Shown here: positions 41,439 to 50,815 of the stretch, piece by piece | How the letters are laid out: every line of letters starts with the position of its first letter | Position numbering within the stretch: the stretch's first letter is position 1 | Origin: an uncultured Acidobacteriota bacterium | GTDB taxonomy: Bacteria > Acidobacteriota > JAQAZP01 | NCBI GenBank assembly: GCA_963836075.1 | Contig: CAWIIB010000009.1 | Span: 96,001-160,000, forward strand | Length of the DNA stretch: 64,000 bases | Direction: 5' to 3' | Translations under genes and position numbers: made by a program | The notes under the pieces: model-generated | The model's database searches: none | Told to the model about the DNA's origin: nothing | Seen by the model: the letters and a program-made list of their open reading frames with translations, nothing else

Positions 41439-42764
41439 TCACGGTTGGGGAAGGAGGTGGAAGTCCACCTGCTCGACGTCGGTCCAGGGTACGTACTCGG
41501 GGCGCTGACGGCCGTCGACGAAGATCAGCATGCCGGCATTCCCCTCGCCGAGGTCGCCGGCGCGCTCGAGCGGCAACTCCTCGCCGCTATGGAGGATGAC
41601 CCTTGTTCGCTGGTCGCCACGCTCTTCGCTGCCGGAGGGCACAATCGAGGCGATCATGCCGAAGGGGATCGTGTAGTCCACGCCCTGGGATGGAGCGTCC
41701 AGAGTCTCGGTGGTCTCGCTCTCGTCGAGGTCGTAGACCAGCCGGCCGGTAAAGCGGCGACCAGCGCGGGTGGTGACACTGCCGGTGAGCGGATGCCCCG
41801 GCGGGAAGTCACCGTACGATGGTCCACTGCCGCCGGGGCTGAAGTCGGCGCACACGAACGCGTCCCAGGAGATCAGCACCCGGCCGTAGCGCCGGTCATC
41901 GACGTAGACCCCGAGGTTGCCGCGCCCGACGTCGCGGGTGCCGGAGAGCACGATCTCGCGGCCATCGAGCAGCGTCACCAGGGAGCTGTCAGGCGAGCGG
42001 CGCGCGATGGAGCGGATGCTGTGGAAAGGCAGGCTGAGCAGACCATCGGCGGTGCGGCCGTGGAGTTCGTCGAGGCCGACGCACGCTTCGCGGTCCCACT
42101 GGAGAAAGCCGGTGAAGTCGCCGTGCTGTGTGCGCACCGTACCGTGCAGCCGATCAGGGGAGGCAGCGCCCGGCCCGTCGGTAGGCAGGAACTCTATGGT
42201 GCGGATCCGCCTGCTGTCCAGATCGACGATGCCCCTCCTGCCGTCCCACACCCGAACGCCGTCGTCGATGTCACCGGCGGAGAAGCGGTCGAGGGTGAAC
42301 ACGGTCCCGCTCTTGAGAGTCACCCGCACCTGGCGGCCGTGCGCCTCGATACGCGAGATGTCGCCGAAACGCGCCATGAACGGCCGCTCGAGGTCCAGCT
42401 GGCGCTCCCGGTGAGCAATCCGCACCCCGAAGATCTGGATCGGGCGGCGCTGCCCGGGCAACTGCTCTGGCGGCACGTGGACGACCCAGGGGTTCTCGAC
42501 TTTGGAGCCGTTGAGGTAATTGCCCCAGAACGCCTCCTCGTCGATCCCGAAGCGCAGCCGGCCCTCGTAGGTGTCGCCGCCGACCGTGGTGATGCGGCCG
42601 TAGAGGACGCCCGGGTGTGCTGCCGCCGCGGCGGTCGGGGAAGTGATCGCGGGTGAAATACCCGCGGCCTGCTCGGCGTCCGGCTCCAGAACCCAATAGA
42701 CGGCGAAGGCAAAGAGGACGAGCGCGGCGGCGAAGACCCCGCCGGCGATTACAGCTCTGGTCAT
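41439..42764 (-). CDS. Membrane-anchored extracytoplasmic protein with three internal repeats
   Basis: N-terminal TM; three GxxTTxxGxx(Y/F)xGxLx(F/W/Y)xxxE repeats; GGGAG RBS. Confidence 0.7.
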   Translation of the reverse strand: MTRAVIAGGVFAAALVLFAFAVYWVLEPDAEQAAGISPAITSPTAAAAAHPGVLYGRITTVGGDTYEGRLRFGIDEEAFWGNYLNGSKVENPWVVHVPPEQLPGQRRPIQIFGVRIAHRERQLDLERPFMARFGDISRIEAHGRQVRVTLKSGTVFTLDRFSAGDIDDGVRVWDGRRGIVDLDSRRIRTIEFLPTDGPGAASPDRLHGTVRTQHGDFTGFLQWDREACVGLDELHGRTADGLLSLPFHSIRSIARRSPDSSLVTLLDGREIVLSGTRDVGRGNLGVYVDDRRYGRVLISWDAFVCADFSPGGSGPSYGDFPPGHPLTGSVTTRAGRRFTGRLVYDLDESETTETLDAPSQGVDYTIPFGMIASIVPSGSEERGDQRTRVILHSGEELPLERAGDLGEGNAGMLIFVDGRQRPEYVPWTDVEQVDFHLLPQP

Positions 42765-42843
42765 GGTCGGCTCCCGCAAGAAACATTGCGGCCTGGCTAC
42801 CGGACAGGCCGATCGATCAGAAACACCATTCACCTGTCCATGG

Positions 42844-42876
42844 TTATACAGACTCGATGTGCAGATTTCGTGCAGG
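42844..42876 (-). promoter_or_regulatory. OmpR/CreB-type operator-promoter, copy 2
   Basis: Minus strand CCTGCACGAAATCTGCACATCGAGTCTGTATAA; 22/23 identical to copy 1. Confidence 0.7.
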
Positions 42877-42946
42877 CGGGAAGGCGATTCCATGGATGTC
42901 GCTGCGGGGTGTGGCCCCGGCCGACAGCATGCGATATATTGAAAGC

Positions 42947-43639
42947 ATGCCGAAGCAGCAGACCATTCTTATCGTGGATGACGAACCGCACATCAGAGAG
43001 GTGGTGGTCTTCGCCCTGGAGAAGGCCGGGTACAACACCCTTGAGGCGGCCGACGGCGAACAGGCGCTGGCCCAGGTGGAACAGCACGCCCCCGACCTGG
43101 TGGTGCTCGACATCGTGCTCCCCGACATCGAGGGTACCGAGGTCTGCCGCCGGATCCGCACCTCGTCACAGGTGCCGATCCTCTTCCTCTCCTCGAAGAA
43201 CGAGGAGATCGACCGCGTCCTCGGGCTGGAGCTGGGCGGCGACGACTACGTGACCAAGCCGTTCAGCCCCCGGGAGCTGGTGGCCCGGGTCAAGGCCATC
43301 CTCCGCCGGGCCGAGGCGGCGGGCGCCGCCCCGGATGCGGAACCCCTGCGGCACAATCTGCTGCAGCTGGATCTGGAGCGCTGCATGGCCGCCTGGGACG
43401 GCCGGGAGGTGACCCTCACCGCCACCGAGTTCAATCTCCTGCGGGCCCTGCTGGGCCGGCCGGGCAAGGTCTACAGCCGCGGCGAGCTGATGGAGCGGGC
43501 CTACGAGGGCGCCAGCGTGGTCAGTGAACGGACCCTGGACAGCCACGTGCGCCGGGTGCGCGAGAAGTTCAGGGAGGTGGGCGGCGACCCCATCGAGACC
43601 GTGCACGGCTTCGGCTACAAACTCGGCCCCTGCCAATGA
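42947..43639 (+). CDS. OmpR-family response regulator (CreB-like)
   Basis: ILIVDDE, VVLDIVLP, DDYVTKPFSPREL, winged-helix IETVHGFGY. Confidence 0.93.
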   Translation: MPKQQTILIVDDEPHIREVVVFALEKAGYNTLEAADGEQALAQVEQHAPDLVVLDIVLPDIEGTEVCRRIRTSSQVPILFLSSKNEEIDRVLGLELGGDDYVTKPFSPRELVARVKAILRRAEAAGAAPDAEPLRHNLLQLDLERCMAAWDGREVTLTATEFNLLRALLGRPGKVYSRGELMERAYEGASVVSERTLDSHVRRVREKFREVGGDPIETVHGFGYKLGPCQ

Positions 43640-45258
43640 TCGGAAAATACCAGCCCAGCCTGCGCACGCTCTTCCTGGTGGTGAGCCTGATCGTGCTGCT
43701 ATTGCCCCTGGGCGGCATCGCCGTTCTCCGGCTCTACGAGACCTCCCTGGTGCAGCGCACCGAGTCGGCGCTGATCGGCCAGGGGGCACTGGTGGCGGCC
43801 TTCTACCGCGAGGAGCTGGCGCGGCAGCTGGCCGCGGCTCCCGAGGAAGAGGGGATCGACCCCGCGCGCTACGGCAACCCGCTGAGCCCCCTGTGGCAGG
43901 CCGACCCCAGCCTGCCCTTCACCCCCATCCACCCGTCCCTCGACATGGCTTCCTCCTCGATCAGCGGCCCGGCCGCGGAGGCGACCCTGGCGATCCAGCC
44001 GGCGGACCGCTGTGCCGAGGCCGCCGGCCGGGCACTTTCCCCGGTGCTCAGCCAGGCCAAGCTGGTCTCCCTCTCCGGTATTCGCATCGTCGACCACCGG
44101 GGCACGGTGGTGGCCAGCAGCGGCACCGAGCTGGGCCTGTCGCTGCTCGTTCGCGAGGAGGTGCCGCGGGCGCTGGCCGGCGAGCCGGTGAGCCTGCTCC
44201 GCCAACGGATCTCCGACGAGGCGCCGCCGGCCGTCGATTCGCTGAGCCGCCGGACCCGGGTGCGGGCCTACGTGGCCCTGCCGGTGGTCTCCGGAGACCG
44301 GGTCTGGGGTGCGGTGGTGCTCTCCCGCACCCCGCTGGACGTTCAGAAAGCGCTGTACAACCGCCGCCACACCCTGCTGCTGGGGGGCGCCGCGCTGCTG
44401 GCCGCCGTGCTGCTGATCACCCTGTTGACCACCTTTGCCGTCACCCGGCCGATGAAACAGCTGGTGCGCCAGGCCGAGGCCGTGACCCGCGGCCGCCGGG
44501 ACGCGGCCCGGCCGCTGGACTCCCCCGGCACCCGCGAGGTGGCCCGGCTCTCCGAGGCCATTGCCGCCATGGCCGCGGCGCTCCAGGAGCGGGCGGACTA
44601 CATCCGCACCTTTGCCTCCAACGTCTCCCACGAGTTCAAGGCGCCGCTGACCTCGCTCAAGGGCGCGGGGGAGCTGTTCCGCGACCACCTGGAGGAGATG
44701 AGCCGGGAGGAGCTGGAGCGGTTCCTGCGGATCATGGAAGCGGACGTGGAACGGCTGGAGCGGCTGGTCAACCGGCTGCTGGAGCTGGCCCGGGCCGACA
44801 TGGCCGCCCCGGGGGAACAGCGCTGCGACCCGCTGCCGCTGCTCCGGGGGCTGGCCGACCGCTACCGCGACGCCGGCCTGGAGGTGGAACTGCGGCCGGC
44901 AACCGGCGATCTCCAGGCCGCCATCTCCGCCGCCGACCTGGAGTCGGTCTTCTCCATCCTCCTCGACAACACGCTGCAGCATGCCGGGGCCGGCCGCTCG
45001 GTCTCCATCACCCTCTCCCCCGCCGCCGGTGACGCGGCATGGCTGGAGATCGGCTACGCCGACGACGGCCCGGGGATCCCGCAGCAGGCGGCGGGCAGGA
45101 TTTTCGATCCCTTCTACACCACCGCACGCGAACAGGGCGGCAGCGGACTGGGTCTGGCCATCGTCAGGTCACTGCTGGAGGCCCACGGCGGCAGCATCGA
45201 ACTGTTGCCGTCAGCGGCGGGGACCAGGTTTACGATCCGCCTCCCCGGCGGCGAATAG
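43636..45258 (+). CDS. HAMP sensor histidine kinase (CreC-like)
   Basis: Two TMs, HAMP, SHEFKAPLTS H-box, DDGPGI, GGSGLGLAIV. Confidence 0.93.
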   Translation: MIGKYQPSLRTLFLVVSLIVLLLPLGGIAVLRLYETSLVQRTESALIGQGALVAAFYREELARQLAAAPEEEGIDPARYGNPLSPLWQADPSLPFTPIHPSLDMASSSISGPAAEATLAIQPADRCAEAAGRALSPVLSQAKLVSLSGIRIVDHRGTVVASSGTELGLSLLVREEVPRALAGEPVSLLRQRISDEAPPAVDSLSRRTRVRAYVALPVVSGDRVWGAVVLSRTPLDVQKALYNRRHTLLLGGAALLAAVLLITLLTTFAVTRPMKQLVRQAEAVTRGRRDAARPLDSPGTREVARLSEAIAAMAAALQERADYIRTFASNVSHEFKAPLTSLKGAGELFRDHLEEMSREELERFLRIMEADVERLERLVNRLLELARADMAAPGEQRCDPLPLLRGLADRYRDAGLEVELRPATGDLQAAISAADLESVFSILLDNTLQHAGAGRSVSITLSPAAGDAAWLEIGYADDGPGIPQQAAGRIFDPFYTTAREQGGSGLGLAIVRSLLEAHGGSIELLPSAAGTRFTIRLPGGE

Positions 45259-45347
45259 TGTTTCTGAGTATGCCAATGAGGAGGTCCTGACGCGGGAATT
45301 CCTGCGCGCCGGCTTCGGTTCCGGCCGGACGTAACCATGCGGTCTGA

Positions 45348-46883
45348 TCAGGCCCCCTTCAGCTGCTTCGAGAAATACTCCCGTGCCGGGTCGACGTACT
45401 CGGGGAGCATCCACTCGTTCTCCAGGTCATCGTTAATGTGATGGACCGAGACCAGTTTTTTGCGGCTGAAACGCCGGATGACCGGATGGAGATAGAAGGC
45501 TTCATGGGCCTGTTCCGGGGACGGGTCACGCATCACGCTGAACGGGTTGCCGGTGTGCTTGCCGTACTCCAGGCTGACCACGTAGTAGTCCCGCTCCCTG
45601 CCGAGGAAGGAGTTCGGGATGTGGTCCTTGCGCACATCCTCGTAGCAGCGGGCGGTGCCGTTCTTCCCATCCACCGCCACCACATCACAGAGGAATCCGG
45701 GCTGGAGAAAGACGCCCGGGGAGACGTTGATCCGGTGGATGACCTTCTGCAGCACTGACTCCACCGAAGCGGGGATCTCCTCCGCCGGCCAGGGTTTCCC
45801 GGAATAGCGCTCATCGAGGATCCTGCTCAGTGTGCGGATATTGTGGCGAAAGCCGTGAATGAAGCCCGACATGGTCTTCTTGTAGTCACAGGCCTGCATC
45901 AGGGTGCCGGCGAAATACATGTCCGGGACCTTGACCGATTCCCAGGCCGTGGTCTGGGCGGGCAGGCGATCGTCCTGCATCAGCTCGGGACGGCAGTTCT
46001 CGTCGAAAATCGAAGCGTCGAACCGGAATCCCGTGCAGCAGATCACGCGGTCGTAGACCAGTTCGCGGGTCTGGCCCATGGCGTGGCTGTATTTGATGTT
46101 CACGACGAACTTGCCGTCGCGCTTTCTGACCCGCTCCACGTCTGCATCGATGGCAGCGTTCTGGGACTTCAGCTGGTAGGTGTCGAGGAAATTGTTGTTG
46201 ACCGCCCGCAGGTTTCCCACGAAGTGGGTGTCCCAGGCCATGCGTATCGAATTCGGGCTGACCATGTGCAGGACAGCAGTCACCCCGAACAGGTGTTCGG
46301 CGGTTTCGAAGGCGGAGTTGCTCTTGCCGATGAGCAGGACGCGCTTGTTGCGGTAGTTCCGGAGGTTCATCGAGTGATTCCCGTAGGTCTCACAGAGCTC
46401 GATTCCAGGAATATCGGGGATGTACTCTTTCGAAACCCCGGTGGCGACGATCAGCCGGGACGATTTGAAGACCCGGTTCCGGGAATCCTTGACACGGAAG
46501 ATCCCGTCCTTGCGGGAGACCCTGGTCACCCGCGTATCGTGCTCCACCTTGATTTTGTAGCGCTTCTTGAAATCGTTCAGATAGCGGCGGAGGTCGGACG
46601 GTTTTGGAAAGTACGAATCGGTGTAGGTGGTGAATTTGAAATGGTCATCCGAGAGGAGGGAGTTCCAGTCCCAGCGGAGGTTCTGTTCCTGGTCCTTGAT
46701 GCCGGTATGCACCTTGTTGATCGAGATCAGGTATCCGTGCCTCGGCATTTCCTTGAAGAATGAACCGGGCTTTGCCGCCTGGTCGAGGATCAGATAACTG
46801 TAGCCCCGGCGAGCCAGATAGTAGCCCATCTGCAGGCCGGCCGGCCCCGCACCGATCACGAGAAAGTCATACTGATTTTTCAT
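45348..46883 (-). CDS. FAD/NAD(P)-dependent oxidoreductase (FOXRED2-like)
   Basis: IGAGPAGLQ, RWDWNSLLSD, GKSNSAFETA, SGFIHGFRHN. Confidence 0.78.
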   Translation of the reverse strand: MKNQYDFLVIGAGPAGLQMGYYLARRGYSYLILDQAAKPGSFFKEMPRHGYLISINKVHTGIKDQEQNLRWDWNSLLSDDHFKFTTYTDSYFPKPSDLRRYLNDFKKRYKIKVEHDTRVTRVSRKDGIFRVKDSRNRVFKSSRLIVATGVSKEYIPDIPGIELCETYGNHSMNLRNYRNKRVLLIGKSNSAFETAEHLFGVTAVLHMVSPNSIRMAWDTHFVGNLRAVNNNFLDTYQLKSQNAAIDADVERVRKRDGKFVVNIKYSHAMGQTRELVYDRVICCTGFRFDASIFDENCRPELMQDDRLPAQTTAWESVKVPDMYFAGTLMQACDYKKTMSGFIHGFRHNIRTLSRILDERYSGKPWPAEEIPASVESVLQKVIHRINVSPGVFLQPGFLCDVVAVDGKNGTARCYEDVRKDHIPNSFLGRERDYYVVSLEYGKHTGNPFSVMRDPSPEQAHEAFYLHPVIRRFSRKKLVSVHHINDDLENEWMLPEYVDPAREYFSKQLKGA

Positions 46884-47299
46884 CGCACGTTCTACTCACT
46901 GGATACTCTTCCCCTGCCGCAACAAGCATGACGAGAGTAATCCCGTTTCAAAATTTTGGCGGAGGCTGGATTTGTTCACATTCAGGATGGGCAAGCTGCG
47001 AATTTTTTGCAATCCGCTTGATTCTGCGCATCCCTTACACTGCTATTCTGAAATTTTATATCAATGAACGGCGGATACTGTCGGGCTTTGAGTGACAACC
47101 GTCAAACAATTCGGCTGTTTCGAAAGATAACTATTGCTGTTTGTTTGCGGTACGTCAGGAGAATGCCTATTATCCCTCGGCTCGACTGGGGCGAGGCGGG
47201 ACGTGAGCTTCTCCCTGCGGGATAATATTTTTTTCGAGTATGTGCAAATCATGGTAATCTGATCAGCGTAGGTTATCAGTAAATGGAATTTGAACGGCC

Positions 47300-48628
47300 A
47301 TGGTGCATACTCGATACCAGCAGAATTCATCGAGACCGGATAAGAGCAGTAAGGGATCCAGGTTCCGGAAAGCCTTGCTGCCGCTGGTCATTCTTCTTGC
47401 GACCCTTTCCATTGTCGATACGGCCTGGTGCGTCTACATTGATTCAAGGCTCGGTTTCACCTGGCAGAGGCTCGAGGGGGAAGGCACAAAGGTCGATTTC
47501 GAGATATTCTTCCCGCGGAGCCATACCCTTGCTGGATACGGGGATGACCTGTGGAGCTTCACAGTGCTCCAGCTGGAGGAGCCTGCCACACTGGAGATCA
47601 GCAGTGACGCGGTGGAGAACCGCATCTTGAAATTGCATGGTCTGTTCGACCGGGCGAGGTTCTTCAACGTTCAGGTGGTGGAATCCGAAGAAGACCCATT
47701 CTCCTACACCATTGACGAATCCCGGAAATATCCATTTCCCCAGGCCTATCCCGACGACGTTCTGGAATTTCTCAGGCCGGGCAGGAACATCGAGTCGGAC
47801 CGCCTGGAGATACGGACCCTGGCCCAGGAGCTGGCCGGTGAATTCGCTGATCCCGAATCCGGCTGCATGTACCGGGCGGTGAAGGCGATCATCAACTCGG
47901 GATACTTCCATTACATGCCCTATGACTACGAGAACCTTGAGGAGGTGACCAACGGCTGTGTCACCACTTCCTTTGCCGATGGACGGGTGCGATCCGCCTT
48001 TGAAGTGTACCAGGATTACATCGGTGTCTGTTCATCCAAAGCCAGGCTGGGGGCTGCGCTCTGCCGGTCGATCGGCATCCCCGCGCGGACGGTGAGCAAG
48101 ACCGGTCTGCACGCCTGGACCGAAATGTGGATCAACGGCCTGGGCTGGGTGCCGGCGGAATATACCGGTGCCGAGCGGTTCCCCAAGCCGATCACCGGCA
48201 ACAATCACACCACCTCGAGACTTTCCACCCGTGATGACTCCATCTGGTTCACCTGGGATCCGCCCTGTCTCTCGGAGTTCAACATGCTGAGTTCTGACGA
48301 GTACAACTTCGAGTTCGCCGTGGCCAGCACCATCATCGCCCATCCCGCCGGCGAGATCCTCCATGACAGCCCTGAATGTCGCAGAGCGTTCATTCCCGTG
48401 GCGCTGAGAATCGGTATCTATTGTGTTGCGGACGAAAAGGGGCTCACTCTCTACACGCTGAACGTGCTCACCGGTGAACTGCTGGACACGGATATCCTCC
48501 CCGGGCAGGCAGGGGTGGCGCTGATCTCCATCTCCCCGGATTCCACGAAGAGCATCCAGTATCGCAAGGTCGGTGAATACGTCATCCTGAATATACTCTC
48601 CAGCCCTCGGGTCCCAGCCTCGGAATGA
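47300..48628 (+). CDS. Exported transglutaminase-like domain protein
   Basis: GVCSSKARLGAALCRSIGIPAR...HAWTE..INGLGWVPAE (Cys-His-acid triad); N-terminal hydrophobic segment. Confidence 0.75.
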   Translation: MVHTRYQQNSSRPDKSSKGSRFRKALLPLVILLATLSIVDTAWCVYIDSRLGFTWQRLEGEGTKVDFEIFFPRSHTLAGYGDDLWSFTVLQLEEPATLEISSDAVENRILKLHGLFDRARFFNVQVVESEEDPFSYTIDESRKYPFPQAYPDDVLEFLRPGRNIESDRLEIRTLAQELAGEFADPESGCMYRAVKAIINSGYFHYMPYDYENLEEVTNGCVTTSFADGRVRSAFEVYQDYIGVCSSKARLGAALCRSIGIPARTVSKTGLHAWTEMWINGLGWVPAEYTGAERFPKPITGNNHTTSRLSTRDDSIWFTWDPPCLSEFNMLSSDEYNFEFAVASTIIAHPAGEILHDSPECRRAFIPVALRIGIYCVADEKGLTLYTLNVLTGELLDTDILPGQAGVALISISPDSTKSIQYRKVGEYVILNILSSPRVPASE

Positions 48629-48833
48629 CAGAAGAATGGGGACTGGCCGATCGCTGCCGGGAATCACTCTTTCTTCGCGATCCCCAGCTGCACGCCGCAG
48701 GCCCGGGCAACGGGTATGGCAACCGATGGCCCGGCACCGGCAGGGGGCGGCCGGATGCGCCGGTGAAATGTTGACGACGGAAAGGGAAACCCATATATTC
48801 AATTGCAGTCTTGACTGATGATCTCGAAGGGGG

Positions 48834-50069
48834 GTGTTTCCGTTCCGCTCAATCCTCTCCGTTGGACTGATTCTGGCGTTTTCCGCCGGAGGGACAATTG
48901 CGGCAGGAGCTCAAACATTCGCCTTCCGCGGGGAAGCGTCCATCGCAGGAATACTCAGCGACGCTGAAGAGGCCGACCGTCAGGCTACGGCCCGCTACCT
49001 TCCCGAGTTGTCCCTTAATATCCACCTTGCCAAATCCGTGACTCTGGATTTTTCTGCTGCAGCCAACCTGTGGGCCTATCAAGCCTCGGTCTCCGACGGG
49101 GAGAACCTGTCCGAAAGCGGCGCCGATCCCTATCGCGCCTGGGTGCGGCTTTCCGACCCCCGCTTCGAGGTTCGCGCCGGGCTGCAAAAGATCTCCTTCG
49201 GATCGGCAAGTATTTTCCGCGCCCTGATGTGGTTCGACCGTATCGACCCTCGTGACCCGCTGCAACTCACAGAGGGGGTCTGGGGCCTGCTGTGCCGGGC
49301 CTACCTGCCGGGCAATGCCAACGCTTGGGGATGGGTCCTGAGAGGAGAGGACGAGCGGAAGGGGTGGGAGTTCATCCCGACCGAGGACGGGACCGTCGAA
49401 GGGGGGGGAAGACTTCAGGTGCCGCTCGGGCCGGGGGAAGCGGCGGTCACCTATCACCGGCGACGGTTCGATCTCGCCTCCCTCGGTGGCGTTCCCGCCG
49501 GTGTCTACTCCGGGTCGGGACCGGAAGACCGCTTCGCCGTCGACGGAAAGTGGGATCTCGAACTGGGTGTCTGGGTGGAAGGGGCGTTCATCCGGCAGGA
49601 GTCGGAGGCCCTGGAGCGCACCTGGAGCCGCGCGCTGAGTCTCGGCGCGGATTACACCTTCGAGATCGGCAATGGCCTGACGGTTCTTTCCGAATACTTC
49701 TACAAGGATAACCCGTCCCTTGCGGTGATCCCTCCCGCCGGGGGCGCCGGGAGTATCGAGCCGGAGCGCTCGCGCAGTGCTCCCGCGGAGCCGTTCCCGC
49801 CCCAGGTCCAGCTCGCGTCGTTCACGGCCAGCTACCCCTTCGGTGTCCTCGATCGGGTGGCCCTGGCCGCCTACCGGGACCTGGACAGTTCCGACTGGTA
49901 CAGCCTCCTGGAGTGGCGGCGCAGTTACGATCGCTGGCGGTTCCACTTCCTGGCGTTCTGGAATCCCGAGCAAAGCTCCCTGTTCCCTCCCTCTTCCGCG
50001 GGGAACGCCGCCAGTTCCGGGTCGCTGTCGGGCCGGGGCGTACAACTTATCGTGGTGTTCAACCATTGA
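48834..50069 (+). CDS. Probable outer-membrane beta-barrel protein
   Basis: Signal peptide, alternating aromatic beta strands, RAGLQKISFGSA...DPRDPLQLTEG, terminal QLIVVFNH. Confidence 0.65.
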   Translation: MFPFRSILSVGLILAFSAGGTIAAGAQTFAFRGEASIAGILSDAEEADRQATARYLPELSLNIHLAKSVTLDFSAAANLWAYQASVSDGENLSESGADPYRAWVRLSDPRFEVRAGLQKISFGSASIFRALMWFDRIDPRDPLQLTEGVWGLLCRAYLPGNANAWGWVLRGEDERKGWEFIPTEDGTVEGGGRLQVPLGPGEAAVTYHRRRFDLASLGGVPAGVYSGSGPEDRFAVDGKWDLELGVWVEGAFIRQESEALERTWSRALSLGADYTFEIGNGLTVLSEYFYKDNPSLAVIPPAGGAGSIEPERSRSAPAEPFPPQVQLASFTASYPFGVLDRVALAAYRDLDSSDWYSLLEWRRSYDRWRFHFLAFWNPEQSSLFPPSSAGNAASSGSLSGRGVQLIVVFNH

Positions 50070-50086
50070 CCGGTGAGCGCAAGCAG

Positions 50087-50815
50087 ATGGAAAACGGCAT
50101 TCTGATCCAGACCGACGGGCTGTCCAAGCGCTACCCCATGGGCGCCGGCGAAATCATCGCTCTCGAGGATATCAGCCTCACCTTCGGTGAAGGGGAGTTC
50201 AGCGGCATCGTCGGCCCCAGCGGCTCGGGAAAGACAACCCTGCTCAACATCATCGGGACACTGGACAGCCCGACCAGGGGCACGGCCCGGGTATTGGGAC
50301 AACACGTCGAGCGTCTGACGCACCGGGCGGCCGCCGAACTCCGCAGCCGCCACATCGGTTTCATCTTCCAGACCTTTTGCCTCCTCCAGTTCTACACGGT
50401 TTTCGAAAATGTCGAGTTTCCGCTCCTCCTGCTGGGCATGACCGCGCGAGACCGCCGACGGGCGGTGATGGAGGCGCTGGAACGGGTGGGCCTGGCCGAT
50501 CGGGCGGCCTCCAGGCCCAACCAGCTCTCGGGCGGGCAGAGCCAGCGAGTCGCCATCTCCCGGGCCATCGTCAAGAAGCCCCGGCTGGTCCTGGCCGACG
50601 AGCCGACGGCCAATCTGGACGCGGAAAATTCGCACAATATCCTCCAGACCATGGAGCGGCTGAATAGAGACCTGGGCACGACCTTCCTCTTCGCCACGCA
50701 TGACGAGAAGGTCATCCGCTACCTGCGCCGGACCATCACCCTCGAGGACGGCCGGGTGGCCGGCGACCTCGCGGCACATGCGGGGCGGAGCGAACAGGAG
50801 GATACCGGTCCATGA
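50087..50815 (+). CDS. ABC transporter ATPase (LolD/MacB-like)
   Basis: GPSGSGKTT, LSGGQSQRVAI, LADEPTANLD, THD. Confidence 0.93.
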   Translation: MENGILIQTDGLSKRYPMGAGEIIALEDISLTFGEGEFSGIVGPSGSGKTTLLNIIGTLDSPTRGTARVLGQHVERLTHRAAAELRSRHIGFIFQTFCLLQFYTVFENVEFPLLLLGMTARDRRRAVMEALERVGLADRAASRPNQLSGGQSQRVAISRAIVKKPRLVLADEPTANLDAENSHNILQTMERLNRDLGTTFLFATHDEKVIRYLRRTITLEDGRVAGDLAAHAGRSEQEDTGP

